DNA from: Podarcis cretensis
Lineage: Eukaryota
NCBI GenBank assembly: GCA_951804945.1
Contig: OX638153.1
Coordinates: 32,426,001 to 32,490,000, forward strand
Direction: 5' to 3'
DNA: 64,000 nucleotides
Shown here: positions 37,786 to 49,933 of the stretch, piece by piece
Layout of the letters: every line of letters starts with the position of its first letter
Numbering within the stretch: the first letter of the stretch is position 1
Made by a program: the position numbers and the translations under genes
Notes under the pieces: generated by a model
Seen by the model: the letters and a program-made list of their open reading frames with translations, nothing else
Database searches by the model: none
Told to the model about the DNA's origin: nothing

Positions 37786-39980
37786 ACAGTTCATATTTAA
37801 GATTTGGCAACTGCATAATTCACTTGGTCAGCTGCACTAGGCTACACCAATTCACCAACACAGTTTCTCCCCCACTTTTTAATGGAGGTTTATGGATTAC
37901 TTCAATTAAATTTATATATTTTAGTGCGGCTGTTATTTCAGTAGTTTGATGCATATTTAATTTTTTATTTTCATTATTTTCTTTTAAGCCTTTGTATGCT
38001 GCTTGAAAATACTTTTTTGAACAGAATATCATACAAAATAAAATGATCATCAGCAGAATTCACAACTATATCCTGTCCCCAGCAAATTCCCCAGAATACC
38101 TACCCTTTCTTCCCTAGAAGACAGAATGGATTGTTCATCACTATTGACTTTTGCCCTTGTTTCTGCTGTTTCTAGAATCATATAAACCTAACTTAGTTCA
38201 ATTAATTTCAGTGCGTCTGCTCTGAGCACGTTAGCCGACTACAACCCAATGGATTCAGCTCACAACAATTTTACACTATAGAACATTGAATCATACAGAG
38301 CAATGCCTCCAGGCCTCCTAAGCCCCAACAGATTATTGTCCCATTGTGAAACTTATAATGAAGACATTCAGATTATTTTGCCACATAGAGTGTCACAGGC
38401 TGTATTAATGGTCCCATCAAATGGAATGTTGTATGATCATATGAGGGTCAGTTCATATGAGGTCATCACAGGGATTCACTGAGATAGAGGAAAATTAAAT
38501 CCTGTCATTATTAATGTAGATTGCAAGCTTTACATGCAGCAACTTCTAGATACTATACAGCACAGTGCTAGTAATATTTAACTGTTAAAGAGTACAAACA
38601 ACTGTAGCATATTTCCCATACATAATAAACTGCCAAATACTGTCAAATATTAAAGCAAAGGATGAGAATTTTATCTATTTCTGTGGATAGTATCAGAATC
38701 TATGCAGCTAGCTGCTCCCTGAATAACACAGACAAAGGCCTTTTCTCTGACAATTTAAACAAACAATCTAGAAAAGCATGTTGCTCATTGTGCTGCCAAG
38801 TCCTCATCACACACTAATGTCAACTTGGTGACACACACACAAGCATCCTGCGATGCAAAACTGGGTCCAGAAGTCCTCAACTTTGAGCTGGCCTCAATAA
38901 ACCAAGTCAATTTTGTGACTGCCACCAATCCTCCTGCTATGGATAAAATCTTTGTCGTTGCACTTGGAGGCACTGAGCAGTGAGAAATTTTGCTGCATTA
39001 GAGTGACTCTGAAGCTCAGCAAAGCAGGGCCAAGCCCTCTCCATCAACCCCCTTTTCCTTAGGAGAGAGTGGTGGGAGGCTCAAGCCTGCAGTCACAAAA
39101 GGAATGTAAAGTAAGAGATGGGCAGGGGCTCATCTCTGACCTCTCTTTGGTCTTCAGGGGCACAGTAAGGCTTCTTGCCACTTCTGAGCACCTCACTGAT
39201 TTCAAGTGCCTCTGAAGCCCAAAGCAAGGTCAGAGACAAGCCCCTGGCCATAACTCACTTTGCATTTGCCACCAATGTGCTTACCTGCTAAAAAAATATG
39301 CTCATCATTTGCAAGCTCATCTGCGGGTCTCACCCTGCAAGCTAGGGATCATTCTGCTAAAAGGTCCTTGCAAAAAGATTGGAAGTGAAAAAAATATCGG
39401 GGGGGGGGGGGGAGATTCATAGTTTCACAGCTTGCTAATTCTACAGCTCAAAGACAATGGGTTTGTGTAGTAGATTATGACAACTCCTGCACTGTAGAAT
39501 CACTGATCTACTGTATTAGAGCTTATTTTTTTAATACAGTTCAATACTCTCTACCTTCGACTTGTTTCGGAAATTAATCTCAGGGATATACGACCATTGA
39601 GTGGGGGGAGCTATTTGCCAAAGGCTCTGCTAGTGAAAAAGTGCCAAGGCAATCCCATTTTTCATGCACTTCCAGGAGGGGAGAATCAATCTTTGTTCAT
39701 GTACAAATAAAACCAGCTACTGTAAGAGAGAGAAATGCTAGGTTATAATAAGATTGCAAGCAAAGAGATGCTTCTAAATGGTTTATATCAAGAACAAAGT
39801 GCAATTAGGTCCTTGTATTGTTTTGTGTAGGCTTTTCATTTACTCCTAATAATGGTTTGCTGAACTGCTGCAAGCTGGGATACCCCACACCCCTCTAAGT
39901 TACCCTGGCCCTAGAACCAGTACTTCTTTTTGAGTGCTGCAGCTGGATTATGGCATCCCAAGTGCTTTCAATTTACTCAC

Positions 39981-40117
39981 TCAACAAAGTCTTCTTTACA
40001 CCTCTGTAGGAGTTCTTGGGCCTTCTGGATTTCCTGTTCATTCAGGAGTACCAGTGTCCCAATAGTCAGATGGAGCTTGGCAGGGTTCTGGAACAGGCTA
40101 CTACTGACACCATAGTC
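39981..40117 (-). CDS. ASCC1: ASCC1 coding exon (137 bp), first HxT motif (HLT)
   Basis: ctacag acceptor and gtgagt donor. DYGVSSSLFQNPAKLHLTIGTLVLLNEQEIQKAQELLQRCKEDFV. Confidence 0.95.
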
Positions 40118-40321
40118 CTGTAGAAACATTGAGAAATTCATTGAGTGACATCAGAAATTCATGTTTTCATTACTTTTGCATATCTAGGAATCTGTGTCGC
40201 TTTTAAGGTATAGAGCAGATCTCTATTACAAGCGAGGCTTTATGTTCTAAAAAATGTGGAGCAGCTATTGGTTCTTTATTCCAATCTCACATATTTGTAA
40301 CCAGGTACCTGTAGCATCTGT

Positions 40322-41090
40322 GGGACGCAGGTGGCGCTGTGGGTTAAAGCCTCAGCGCCTAGGACTTGCCGATCGAAAGGTCGGCGGTTCGAATCCCTGC
40401 GGCGGCTTGTTTGTGCAGAGTGGGTGGGGGCGTCTACTATGTTCCATGGTATAAGCGTGCTAACACTGCCAGGGTAGATGACTGCAATGCGTTATACATG
40501 GGGCTGCCTCTGGTTCGGAAACTTCAGCTGGTGCAGAATTCAGTGCCCAGGTTGCTCACCAGGGCAAGATGCTTTGAGCATATTACACCAATCCTGGCCC
40601 AACTGCACTGGCTGCCAAATAAGTTTCCGGGCCCAATTCAAAGTGCTGGTTTTGACCTATAAAGCCTTAAATGGCTCAGGACTGCAATACCTCAAGGACT
40701 GCCTCTCCCCATATGAACTGACCCAAATAAAACTGATTGTTTTATTTTATTTAATACCATCCATCTGATCATCATCTAAGGTCCTTCTTTGTTTGCCTCT
40801 TCCACGAGAGGTCCGGAAGGTGGCAACACAAGAATGGTCCTTTTCCGTGGTGGCTCCGTTTGTGAATGTTCTCTCCCTGGGAGGCTCACCTGGCACCTTT
40901 GTTACATATCCTTAGGCACCAGGCAAAAGCATGCCTTTCGCTGGCCAGAGCAGCGATGTCACGCTGGCCACGTGACCCGGAAGTGTCTCCGGACAGCGCT
41001 GGCCCCTGGCCTCTTAAGTGAGATGGGCGCACAACCCCAGAGTCTGTCAAGACTGGCCCGTACGGGCAGGGGTACCTTTACCTTTACCTT
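40322..41090 (+). mobile_element. Chimeric Sauria SINE (head + L2 fragment + tail)
   Basis: SINE head 40322-~40405, L2-like 3' ORF2 fragment ~40470-40930, SINE 3' part ~40938-41090. One TSD TACCTGTAGCATCT (40306 and 41091) flanks the whole unit. Confidence 0.85.
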
Positions 41091-42694
41091 TACCTGTAGC
41101 ATCTTAGGGAGACTTATTCAACTGCTATCTCCATCTTGTAACTGAGTCTTCAAGGTAACCTCATAGCTAAACATCCAGCCCAATTTACTTTATTTCTTTT
41201 TCCTTCTCTCCCAATCCCCTATTTTGTGTAACATCTTGCCTAATTGAAGAATTCTCGAGAACTCAATAACTTTTTGTAATGTTTTGCTTTCTTCTGAGAA
41301 AGGTATTAACCAACTCCATATTTTTGAAGTAGAACGTCTGATGATCAGAATTCAAAATGGGTGACATGCAAAATTAAAGTCATATAATAACATGGCAATA
41401 GCAACAAATAGGAAATATTATTTTTTAAAAAAACAGCAAACTAAAAAATGCCCAGATAAATGTATTCAAATTACATTACATAATTTCCTACATTTTGCTG
41501 GCTCCTGCATTTTAAAATCAGTTAGCTCTTATCTTCATAGCTGCTTTAGAAAAGGTAATTTCCCTACAGGTAATTGTCTTGTCTCCATTCAACCACATTG
41601 TTAATTTTTACATTTCAGAAACCCAAGTGATGCTGCACAGCAGGGGGCCAGCTAATGACTCCCTTTCTTATATGCAAGTCTTATTTGAAGGAGCAAAGTG
41701 GCAGATCATTTGCTACTCCTCGGCCACATATACAGTGATGCAGGCTGTAGAATCAACACACCCTTACTCTCATCTTGTTTGATGCCTGCCTATGCGCTGC
41801 ACACATGGGAGATGCTAGCAATATGTATCACACTGTAATAGCTATATGCCGTGGCTAGGCGTGGCACCAGCAAGGCTGGGGCGCATGTGTGTCAGATGAC
41901 AGTGCATGGCAGGAGACACCGGGTGATGCAGGAAGCGTTGGAGTAGCAGGGGGCTCTGCCACACAAGGACCCTGGAATTATGATGACTAAATGTATTACC
42001 AACCCTTCATCAGCAGGTCCCACAACAGTAACAACAATTTAAAATTTGGTATTAAAAATGTTAAAAAGAAATAATAGTCACAGAATTTCAGGTGCCAAAG
42101 GCCGGGGTGAATTGGCGTGTCATCAGCATTCACTGAAAGCTGTATAGTGAAGTCACCAGATGTATCTCTGTGAAGAGGGAATTCCACACCTTAGGGGTTG
42201 CCACGGAGAGAATGCCCTTTCCCCAGGCCACTGCCCCCTGAATTTCTGAGGGTGGCAGAACTACCAGCCCCCCCCCCCGATCTTAACACCTGAGAGGGTC
42301 TGTAGAGAAGGAGGCAGTCTTTCAGCTATTTGGGGCCTAAGTCGTTTAGGGCTTTAAACACTATCTACATAGGGAAATTAATTTTCAACAGTGAATGAAC
42401 TGTACCAACTGGAAGAAATATACCAACTGGAAGAAAGACCAAGAACATTGATTTAGGGCCCTACATCCTCCAAGAGTCAGGAATCACTATAGCATATCTA
42501 TTCAGTGTAAAAATAGATCCAAGTATGAGGAACGCAGAGGTCTTGATCCCTGAATAGTAGAAGTTTGACAAAGGCTTTTTCTTGTTTCTAAGCTTTTAGA
42601 AAGACTGCTCCAATTTGAGTTTTGTCAGCCACCTTTATACACAGAAACTTTTAAATCATTCGCTGAAATCTTCCAGAAACAGAAAGTTCCACAG

Positions 42695-42832
42695 CAGTCT
42701 ATGCCAACCTGGTGTCCCCGAGATGTTTTGGACTATAATTCCCATCAACCTCCGACAGCAAGGCGATAATGGACAGGCCTGATGGGAGTTACAGTCCAAA
42801 ATATCTGAACAGAACCAGGTTGGCAAAGACTG
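42695..42832. mobile_element. Palindromic hAT-type MITE (target of element copy 2)
   Basis: cagtctatgccaacctgg...ccaggttggcaaagactg. Confidence 0.75.
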
Positions 42833-42833
42833 C

Positions 42834-44710
42834 TTTTTTTAAAAAAAGTAATATTTATTAAAATTTCAAAAAATACATAATCTGAAAAAAAAGAAAAAAG
42901 AAAAAGAAAATTTCAACATTTACAATCCAAATTTTCAACACCTTCTTTCCAGGACTTCCCCTCGCCTCCCCTTCTTGTATTCCCTGTCCAGAAATTTGTT
43001 CAACAAGTTCTTCTTCTTAAGTTCTTAACCTTAAATTGTTATTATATTAACTTCACTTTATATATCAACTTTTAGCATATATACATCAATCATTATACTT
43101 AAAAACTTTTTCTAAGGTCGACCCAATTCTCCTTCCACGAATTCCCCATATCAATACTAGTAACAACATAGAAAGAAAAAAAGATATAATAAATCAGAAT
43201 ATTTTGGTACGCCTTTTGGATTTCCAAAACCCCACCCTCCCTTCCCCGGTTTCGATCCCCAAGCCACTGTCCATTAGTCCATCTGTTATCAGCCCGGCAG
43301 TCTCACATCTGAGGCCCTTAAATCTCTCTCAGTCCCTCTCTGCCAGTTTCTTTGAAAGTCTTTTATATTAAACACCAAGTCTCGGAGGGGCACTATCCCT
43401 ATAATATCCATGTTTCTTCCAGCTGGATCTCCATATTTAAAATCTTGATTCTCAATCCTTCTAAGTCCAAATAGCCAGAAAATTCCATCTTCCACCTTGA
43501 TCAAATTTGTAAAACATAAGTCTTCAGATCCCTGCTCAAGGAGATCCTTCCATTCCTGATTTTCCAAATTAAACCCAGTTTTTATCAACCAATTCTTACT
43601 TTCTTTTATATTCATCTTGACAGACCTCCGGCTCTCCTTTATCTTCTGCAACATTACAGCCCCTCCTTCCTGCTCCTCTTGCTCAAATTTTTTTCCCTGT
43701 TCAGCTGCCTGGGTTTTGTAGATCAAATCCTTTTCCAGCTCAGTAGGTTCCATTACTGTTGGCTTCAAAGTTGTGGCACTTGTAGACAAAACATGGCCTT
43801 GTTCATGTAACTTACACAACTTTCTCACGAGAAACCTAACCTCCTCCAGGCCAGCTAGTATTTTTTGGCCTATTTCCATTTTTGTAATGTCCCTGAACCC
43901 CCACTAGAGGGGTTCTGGTTATTTCAGTATTCCTTTCACAAAAGCCAAGTCAGTTTGTTTCAATTCTTCTTTATTTTCAACAGTTAACTATATTGTATCA
44001 AATGTAACCAGCAAAGACAACGGAAACAAAGTTCTCTACTTTCCCCGACTTTGACAGCTAGTTTGACAGCTGTCAAAATCTTCTATGTCTCTTCCGCAGG
44101 CTCCTCTCGCAGATCGCTCCCGGTCCCGGGATGAGTGGCACCTTAATTCAAAAAATAACTCTTCTCCTCCAGCCCAATCACTTATACAGTCAATCCGTGG
44201 AATTAATAACTTTTATCAAATAAAAAAAAGACTCCTCCTTCGACCTTAGTAGTTAAAATCCTTGCTTTATATTGTTATACAATAGGGGGGAGGCGGACTT
44301 CCTTTTTGCACCTCCCCCGCTCGTGCCAAACCAAAAAAGAAAAAAAAGTTTTAAGTCCAATTTCCAAGTTACTCACGGGTTGTTGTTTTTAGATTTAGTC
44401 CCAATTCTCCAAAGAAGAAGTTAGCGCTCTCCGTCGAATGGCATGCGGCTTCGCTCGGTAGGGGAAGCAGAAGACTCTCAGCACTGCGCCGCTCCCCGTC
44501 CTCCGCTCCGTAGCCTTTAAAAAGGCTCCTTCGTGGTCGGGGAGGACGCAAACGGTGCCCGCCGAGTCACCAGGTCCACGGGCTTCTGCGCCCGTGGTTT
44601 TTGAGGGTCCCCGCGTCGCCGGCGCGGCAGGACCCGACCCCTTTCGAGCCAATTCCCTCCGGAGCTCGGAGGGAATCCGCCATTCGGCTATGGCGCCAAC
44701 CCGGAAGTCC
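42834..44710 (-). mobile_element. Non-autonomous L1-type (HAL1-like) retroelement, copy 2, ~1.88 kb
   Basis: 12-bp TSD GGCAAAGACTGC (42822 and 44711). Same 5' head (gacttccgggtt...aatggcggattccctccgagctccggagggaat). AATAAA plus A-rich tail. Confidence 0.85.
43289..43879 (-). CDS. Intact 196-aa ORF of element copy 2, unknown function
   Basis: ATG in aaaATGG context, open to TGA, homologous to the copy 1 ORF at the N-terminus, middle and C-terminus. Confidence 0.6.
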   Translation of the reverse strand: MEIGQKILAGLEEVRFLVRKLCKLHEQGHVLSTSATTLKPTVMEPTELEKDLIYKTQAAEQGKKFEQEEQEGGAVMLQKIKESRRSVKMNIKESKNWLIKTGFNLENQEWKDLLEQGSEDLCFTNLIKVEDGIFWLFGLRRIENQDFKYGDPAGRNMDIIGIVPLRDLVFNIKDFQRNWQRGTERDLRASDVRLPG

Positions 44711-45633
44711 GGCAAAGACTGCCTTAAACAAACCATTGTATTGTTCCATATCTTATGACTCCAGTTATGATCCTGCAGACTCCAAGACTCACTGAACATG
44801 GGCAATAATCTGCAGACAGAGCTAGGAATCCCTTATCAATGCTGCCCATGTTATTGGGAAAGCGTTACTACCGTCACTGCTACCTTCCAGGCCCTCACAG
44901 ACAAAGGAGGCCAAATTGATAATATTCAATTCAATTCAGTTAATGACAATTCCACCTTTCAACGGGAATGCTCAAAGCAGCTGAGAACAAAAGCTCTCTC
45001 TCTCTCCCATTCTTTCCATTCTGCCAACTAGTACAAAAACAAAGCTGAAAAAGGTCCTCATTCTCTTCTGCATGAAAGCTTATTTAGGATATACTGCAAA
45101 GACAAAGTGGTTGTACTTATGAGCTTTCTCTTCAAATATGGGACAAGCCCCAGAAGCCATTTAGTCCATAATGAACACAGGGAGCCTCAGAAGCTGGGGA
45201 GGCAGCAGGGGGCAGGTTTGTTATGTTCCAACTGTTGACAGCAGTTCATTTTAATTTCTGTAATGCTCACAGAGATGATGTGCACAAAATATATTAACAC
45301 AATAAATAAGCAGCTTTTAGGAAAAGAGGCATATTCAATCTAATCCCATGGGGGAGGGGAAAGGAGATTTCATGTTATAATTACCAGCAACCTAATCAGC
45401 TGAATTTCTTCTCTACAGCTTTCCAGGAATCAGTGGTATCTTACATGCTCTGACAGCTTCCTATTCTGATGCTGCACATCACTAGGAAACACCTGAACTA
45501 GCTTCGCAGGAGGAAGCCCCATTAATAGCAGAGAAGATCCATAACTCCTTCCTATAAATTATCTGCAAATATCAAACCAACTGCTTCTCATCTTTTACTA
45601 CATTTTCAGAGCTCTAGTGATTGTGGTCTAAAT

Positions 45634-45769
45634 TGGGCATAGGCAAACTCGGCCCTCCAGATGTTTTGGGACTACAACTCCCATCAACCCTGACCACTGG
45701 TTCTGTTAGCTAGGGATGATGGGAGTTGTAGTCCCAAAGCATCTAGAGGACCGAGTTTGGGGATGCCTG
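45634..45769. mobile_element. Palindromic hAT-type MITE
   Basis: Same family as 61396-61532; imperfect 8-bp TSD gtctaaat/gtataaac. Confidence 0.8.
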
Positions 45770-46690
45770 GTATAAACAGAACAATCCTAAGTAGGTTTAC
45801 CCAGAAGTAAGACCTACTGAGTTCAATGGATCTTACTCCTTACCTGAAGGCGCAATCTTAATTCCTGGCAAGGGAACAGCAGGCTGAACAGAGAAGGAGA
45901 GCTGCCACCACATCTGAAGCTCTTCTGCTCACACTGGCCATGGAGGAAAGGGAAGGAGTATTTCACCTAATTTATGCTGTGCCAGCTTCATGTGACAACA
46001 GCAGAGAGACCTGGATCAAGTCCCTCCCTAGCTGCAGGACCAGTTCAGGGTCCAGCAAATTCATGGCTGGTCCAACTTCTCTCCACTGCCATTCCACCCC
46101 ATACTGAGCCCTTAAACTGACTATTACCAATGGGAACACCACTAGCCATAGCATGTCAACAACTCACATTGTTGATGGTCAGAGACAAACAGAAGGGAAA
46201 TCCTCCCCATACCCTAAATGCATCCCAGCAGTGGAGGTTGGGGGTTAGGATTGTTCTGCAAATGTGTTTTAATCTTAACAGTTTAGCCCCATGACGCTTC
46301 TGAGTGGACTTTTCCCAAGAAAAGCCTGCAGCAAAGTTGCAACAGGCTGCTCTAGCTTGCTGAGCCCTTGCTGTTTTGCTTAGATGCTTGCCTGCTTTAA
46401 GACAAAGAGCCTTTAAATTACTTGTTCAAACTCCCAGTTCATAATTTACTATTTAGTAATCAATGCAGTGCCATTGAATTGCATTGATTTTTCCTTTACA
46501 TCTGCACCCAGCAATATCTTCAAACAACCCCTGTTGTACTTGAGCATCCTAACAGCAGCAGAAACATCAATAATAATAAAAAAGCAAGTCAGAAGCATAT
46601 CTAGAACAACTCTTAAGTAAAGCAAAGTTAGAGAAGAAAGTTTGCTCACAAAAATCTGGACTAAACCAGACTTACAAGCTGTATACAGTG

Positions 46691-47070
46691 GTAAAGGTAA
46701 AGGTAAAGGTACCCCTGCCCGTACGGGCCAGTCTTGACAGACTCTGGGGTTGTGCGCCCATCTCACTTAAGAGGCCAGGGGCCAGCGCTGTCCGGAGACA
46801 CTTCCGGGTCACGTGGCCAGCGTGACATCGCTGCTCTGGCCAGAGCCAGAGCCAGAGCCAGAGCCGCACACGGAAACGCCGTTTACCTTCCCGCTGGTAA
46901 GCGGTCCCTATTTATCTACTTGCACCCGGAGGTGCTTTCGAACTGCTAGGTTGGCAGGCGCTGGAACCGAGCAGCGGGAGCGCACCCCGCCGCAGGGATT
47001 CGAACCGCCGACCTTTCGATCGGCAAGCCCTAGGCGCTGAGGCTTTAACCCACAGCGCCACCTGCGTCCC
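46691..47070 (-). mobile_element. Sauria SINE, full length
   Basis: Near-identical to 58187-58544. TSD GTATACAGTGGTA (46681 and 47071). Confidence 0.95.
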
Positions 47071-47075
47071 GTATA

Positions 47076-47317
47076 CAGTGGTACCTCGGGTTAAGTACTT
47101 AATTCGTTCCGGAGGTCCGTTCTTAACCTGAAACTGTTCTTAACCTGAAGCACCACTTTAGCTAATGGGGCCTCCCGCTGCCACCGTGCCGCCAGAGCCC
47201 GATTTCTGTTCTTATCCTGAAGCAAAGTTCTTAACCTGAAGTACTATTTCTGGGTTAGCGGAGTGTGTAACCTGAAGCATATGTAACCTGAAGCGTATGT
47301 AACCCAAGGTACCACTG
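47076..47317. mobile_element. Tc1/mariner MITE
   Basis: cagtggtacctc...ggtaccactg|TA. Confidence 0.88.
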
Positions 47318-48136
47318 TATCTAAATTCTATTTTCTTTCACCATTTAACTTGACACAAACTAATTTGGAGCCTCCACATTAGAATAATGGAAAGCTACCA
47401 TTAACACTAGATTACTTCTCAGATACTTGTCACAATTTTTTTCTAAGCTTTCTTAGATGTAAGTTTCTAGCAGTAAATGCATCAGTTATATTGTGATAAA
47501 GCAACAAAGGGATATAAAGTGATTGGAATGGTTCAGAGCCACATGTGTACAATGACTTTCTATTACTATCTATGGGATTGTGCCTTGTGTGTGCATAAAC
47601 CCAATGAAATCTTTGATGGCCACCAAACAGTTAAAGCAGTCCTCTTGTATTCCATAAAATGCAATGTATAATGTTGGTACCATACTATCACTGTTATTAT
47701 TAATGCCTCAGAGAAGACGAACATTCAATTCAGCTGGACACATTGGTGCAAACTCAGCTTGCTTCATGTAACAGAAGGACAATGTAATTAGATATTATTA
47801 TCTATGCAAATAGTGGTTAGATTTCATTTAAAAAGCAATTGTCTGTAATAGTTCTGCACATATGGTAGAAACAGAACACAATGTATCCATAAGTACAATC
47901 AAATTACTAAAGTATGAAGTAACCAGTAGTCCAGTGCATTCTGCCTCTTCTCAATGTGTGTACTTAGGGTCACAGTTTTTATATTGTTGTAGCATGAGTT
48001 GTACTCTGGGGCTCACTCTTAAAATGCTAAATTGAATTTAGAACTCCACTAGAAGCTAAAAAGATGCTCTAGCTTTTACAGCCCTTATAATTTGGCTTAG
48101 ATACTTGCCTGCTCTGAAAAAAAAACCTCTTAACTA

Positions 48137-48205
48137 TAATAATAATAATAATAATAATAAAGTGATAATAATAATAAAGTGAATAAATAAATAAATAATA
48201 ATAAA
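48137..48205. repeat. (AAT)n/(AAAT)n microsatellite, probably a LINE tail on the minus strand
   Basis: Repeat visible directly, adjacent to L2-like gccttcagatgtcttcttaaa. Confidence 0.75.
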
Positions 48206-48275
48206 GTGATAAAACAGCAAACATTAAAAACTTCCCTAACAGGGCTGCCTTCAGATGTCTTCTTAAAGTCGGATA

Positions 48276-48493
48276 CAGTGGTACCTCGGGATGCGAGCAG
48301 AGCGTTTCGCCGCGACAGCGCATCTGTGTGTCGCGTTTCGCCGCTTCTGCGCATGCGTGTGATGTCATTTTGACCATCTGTGCATGTGTGAGCGGCGAAA
48401 CCCGGAAGTAACGCGCTCTGTTACTTCCGGGTCGCCGTGGAGCACAACCCGAAAGCGCTCAACCTGAAGCGTATTTATCCCAAGATATGACTG
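48276..48493. mobile_element. Tc1/mariner MITE (third subfamily)
   Basis: TA|cagtggtacctcggga...gatatgactg|TA with internal inverted repeats. Confidence 0.75.
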
Positions 48494-49718
48494 TAGTTGT
48501 TTATTTCCTGCCCGCCCACAAGCCATTTCCAATTCAATTTTAAGTTCAATTATTTATTTTTGATGTGGGATAACTACTCATGTTTGCCAAGGAATAATTT
48601 GCCCAGAATCATGAGAAATGTTCCAGAATCAAAGTCAGCCTAAAAGTTCATCAGAACTATGGAGCTAAGTAAATGCACTGAGAAGAGACAGCGTGTGCTG
48701 ACGGGTTGCATCCAACAATGGCAGAAAGCATTTTTGCTCATGCAAGTCTGGGTAGCCAATTCTTGTCGAGCCACTTAAGTCTCACATTTTCCCTCCTCAA
48801 AGCTGTTGAGGAACTCCCTGGAGAGGCTGGTAACGGCAGTATATTCAAAACTGAACATACTTTCCAACATCTAAGAAACTTTTTTTTTTTTTTAATGGAA
48901 GTACATTCCACTTAAACCAATATCATTTGTTTCACATTTATGTTTAGGAGTCGCGCATCAGACTCTTAAAATATTGAGTTTCAGATATCCACTACTGCTG
49001 CCTTCCTAGCACTGCCCTCTGCTGGACACAAAGTAATAGCAAGCCTTTATAACCCTATAAATAACCATAATTGTTCCATATAGTGGGAAATACTAAAGGT
49101 TGAAGGCTTAGAAGCAGATGAAGGAAATTAAAATTTGAAGGAAAGAGAAAATTGAAAATAAGGCTGCTGAGGCTTTCCCCGACAATGGTTTCTTCATACT
49201 TACATTACAGGAAAAAATAACTACAAATAAAAATGTTAGTTTCATGAACATTCTTATTTCAACATGGAAGTTACATTTAAAACAGCCAAAATAGCTCATG
49301 GTCAGGGATGGTGATAGTTGTAGTCCAACCAAATCTGGAGAACCACCAATTCCTCACTCATGATTTAAAAGAACTCGGGAGACCATAGTAACCTTATCAT
49401 CATAGTAGCTTATATAATCTATGGCATGGAAGGTACCTCTGCTGATTTTGGGATTCCCCCTTCCACTCTCAGCCCTCCATTCCACATCCTCCTCCATTGA
49501 TCAAGGCCCATAAGCCCTTGAAAGAGGTTTAGGGAGAGATGCCAGGAAGACTACCTTTTCCATCCAACAAGTGACCAAGAACTTCCACCCAGTCAGTCAG
49601 TTGGAAGTGCCATTTTTACAATCTGTTAACAATCTATAACAGGACCTACTTTCACTTATGGCAGTCTCATGCGATTTAGGAACTGTCAGATGCCATCTAC
49701 CAGAAACTGTACTTAGTA

Positions 49719-49933
49719 CAGTGGTACCTCGGGTTACAAACGTTTCAGGTTACAGACTCCGCTAACCCGGAAGTAGTACCTCGGGTTAAGAACTTTACTT
49801 CAGGATGAGAACAGAAATCGTGCGGCGGCAGTGGGAGGCCCCATTAGCTAAAGTGGTACCTCAGATTAAGAACAGTTTCAGGTTAAGAACGGACCTCCAG
49901 AACAAATTAAGTTCTTAACCAGAGGTACCACTG
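49719..49933. mobile_element. Tc1/mariner MITE
   Basis: TIR cagtggtacctc and TA TSD. Confidence 0.88.
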
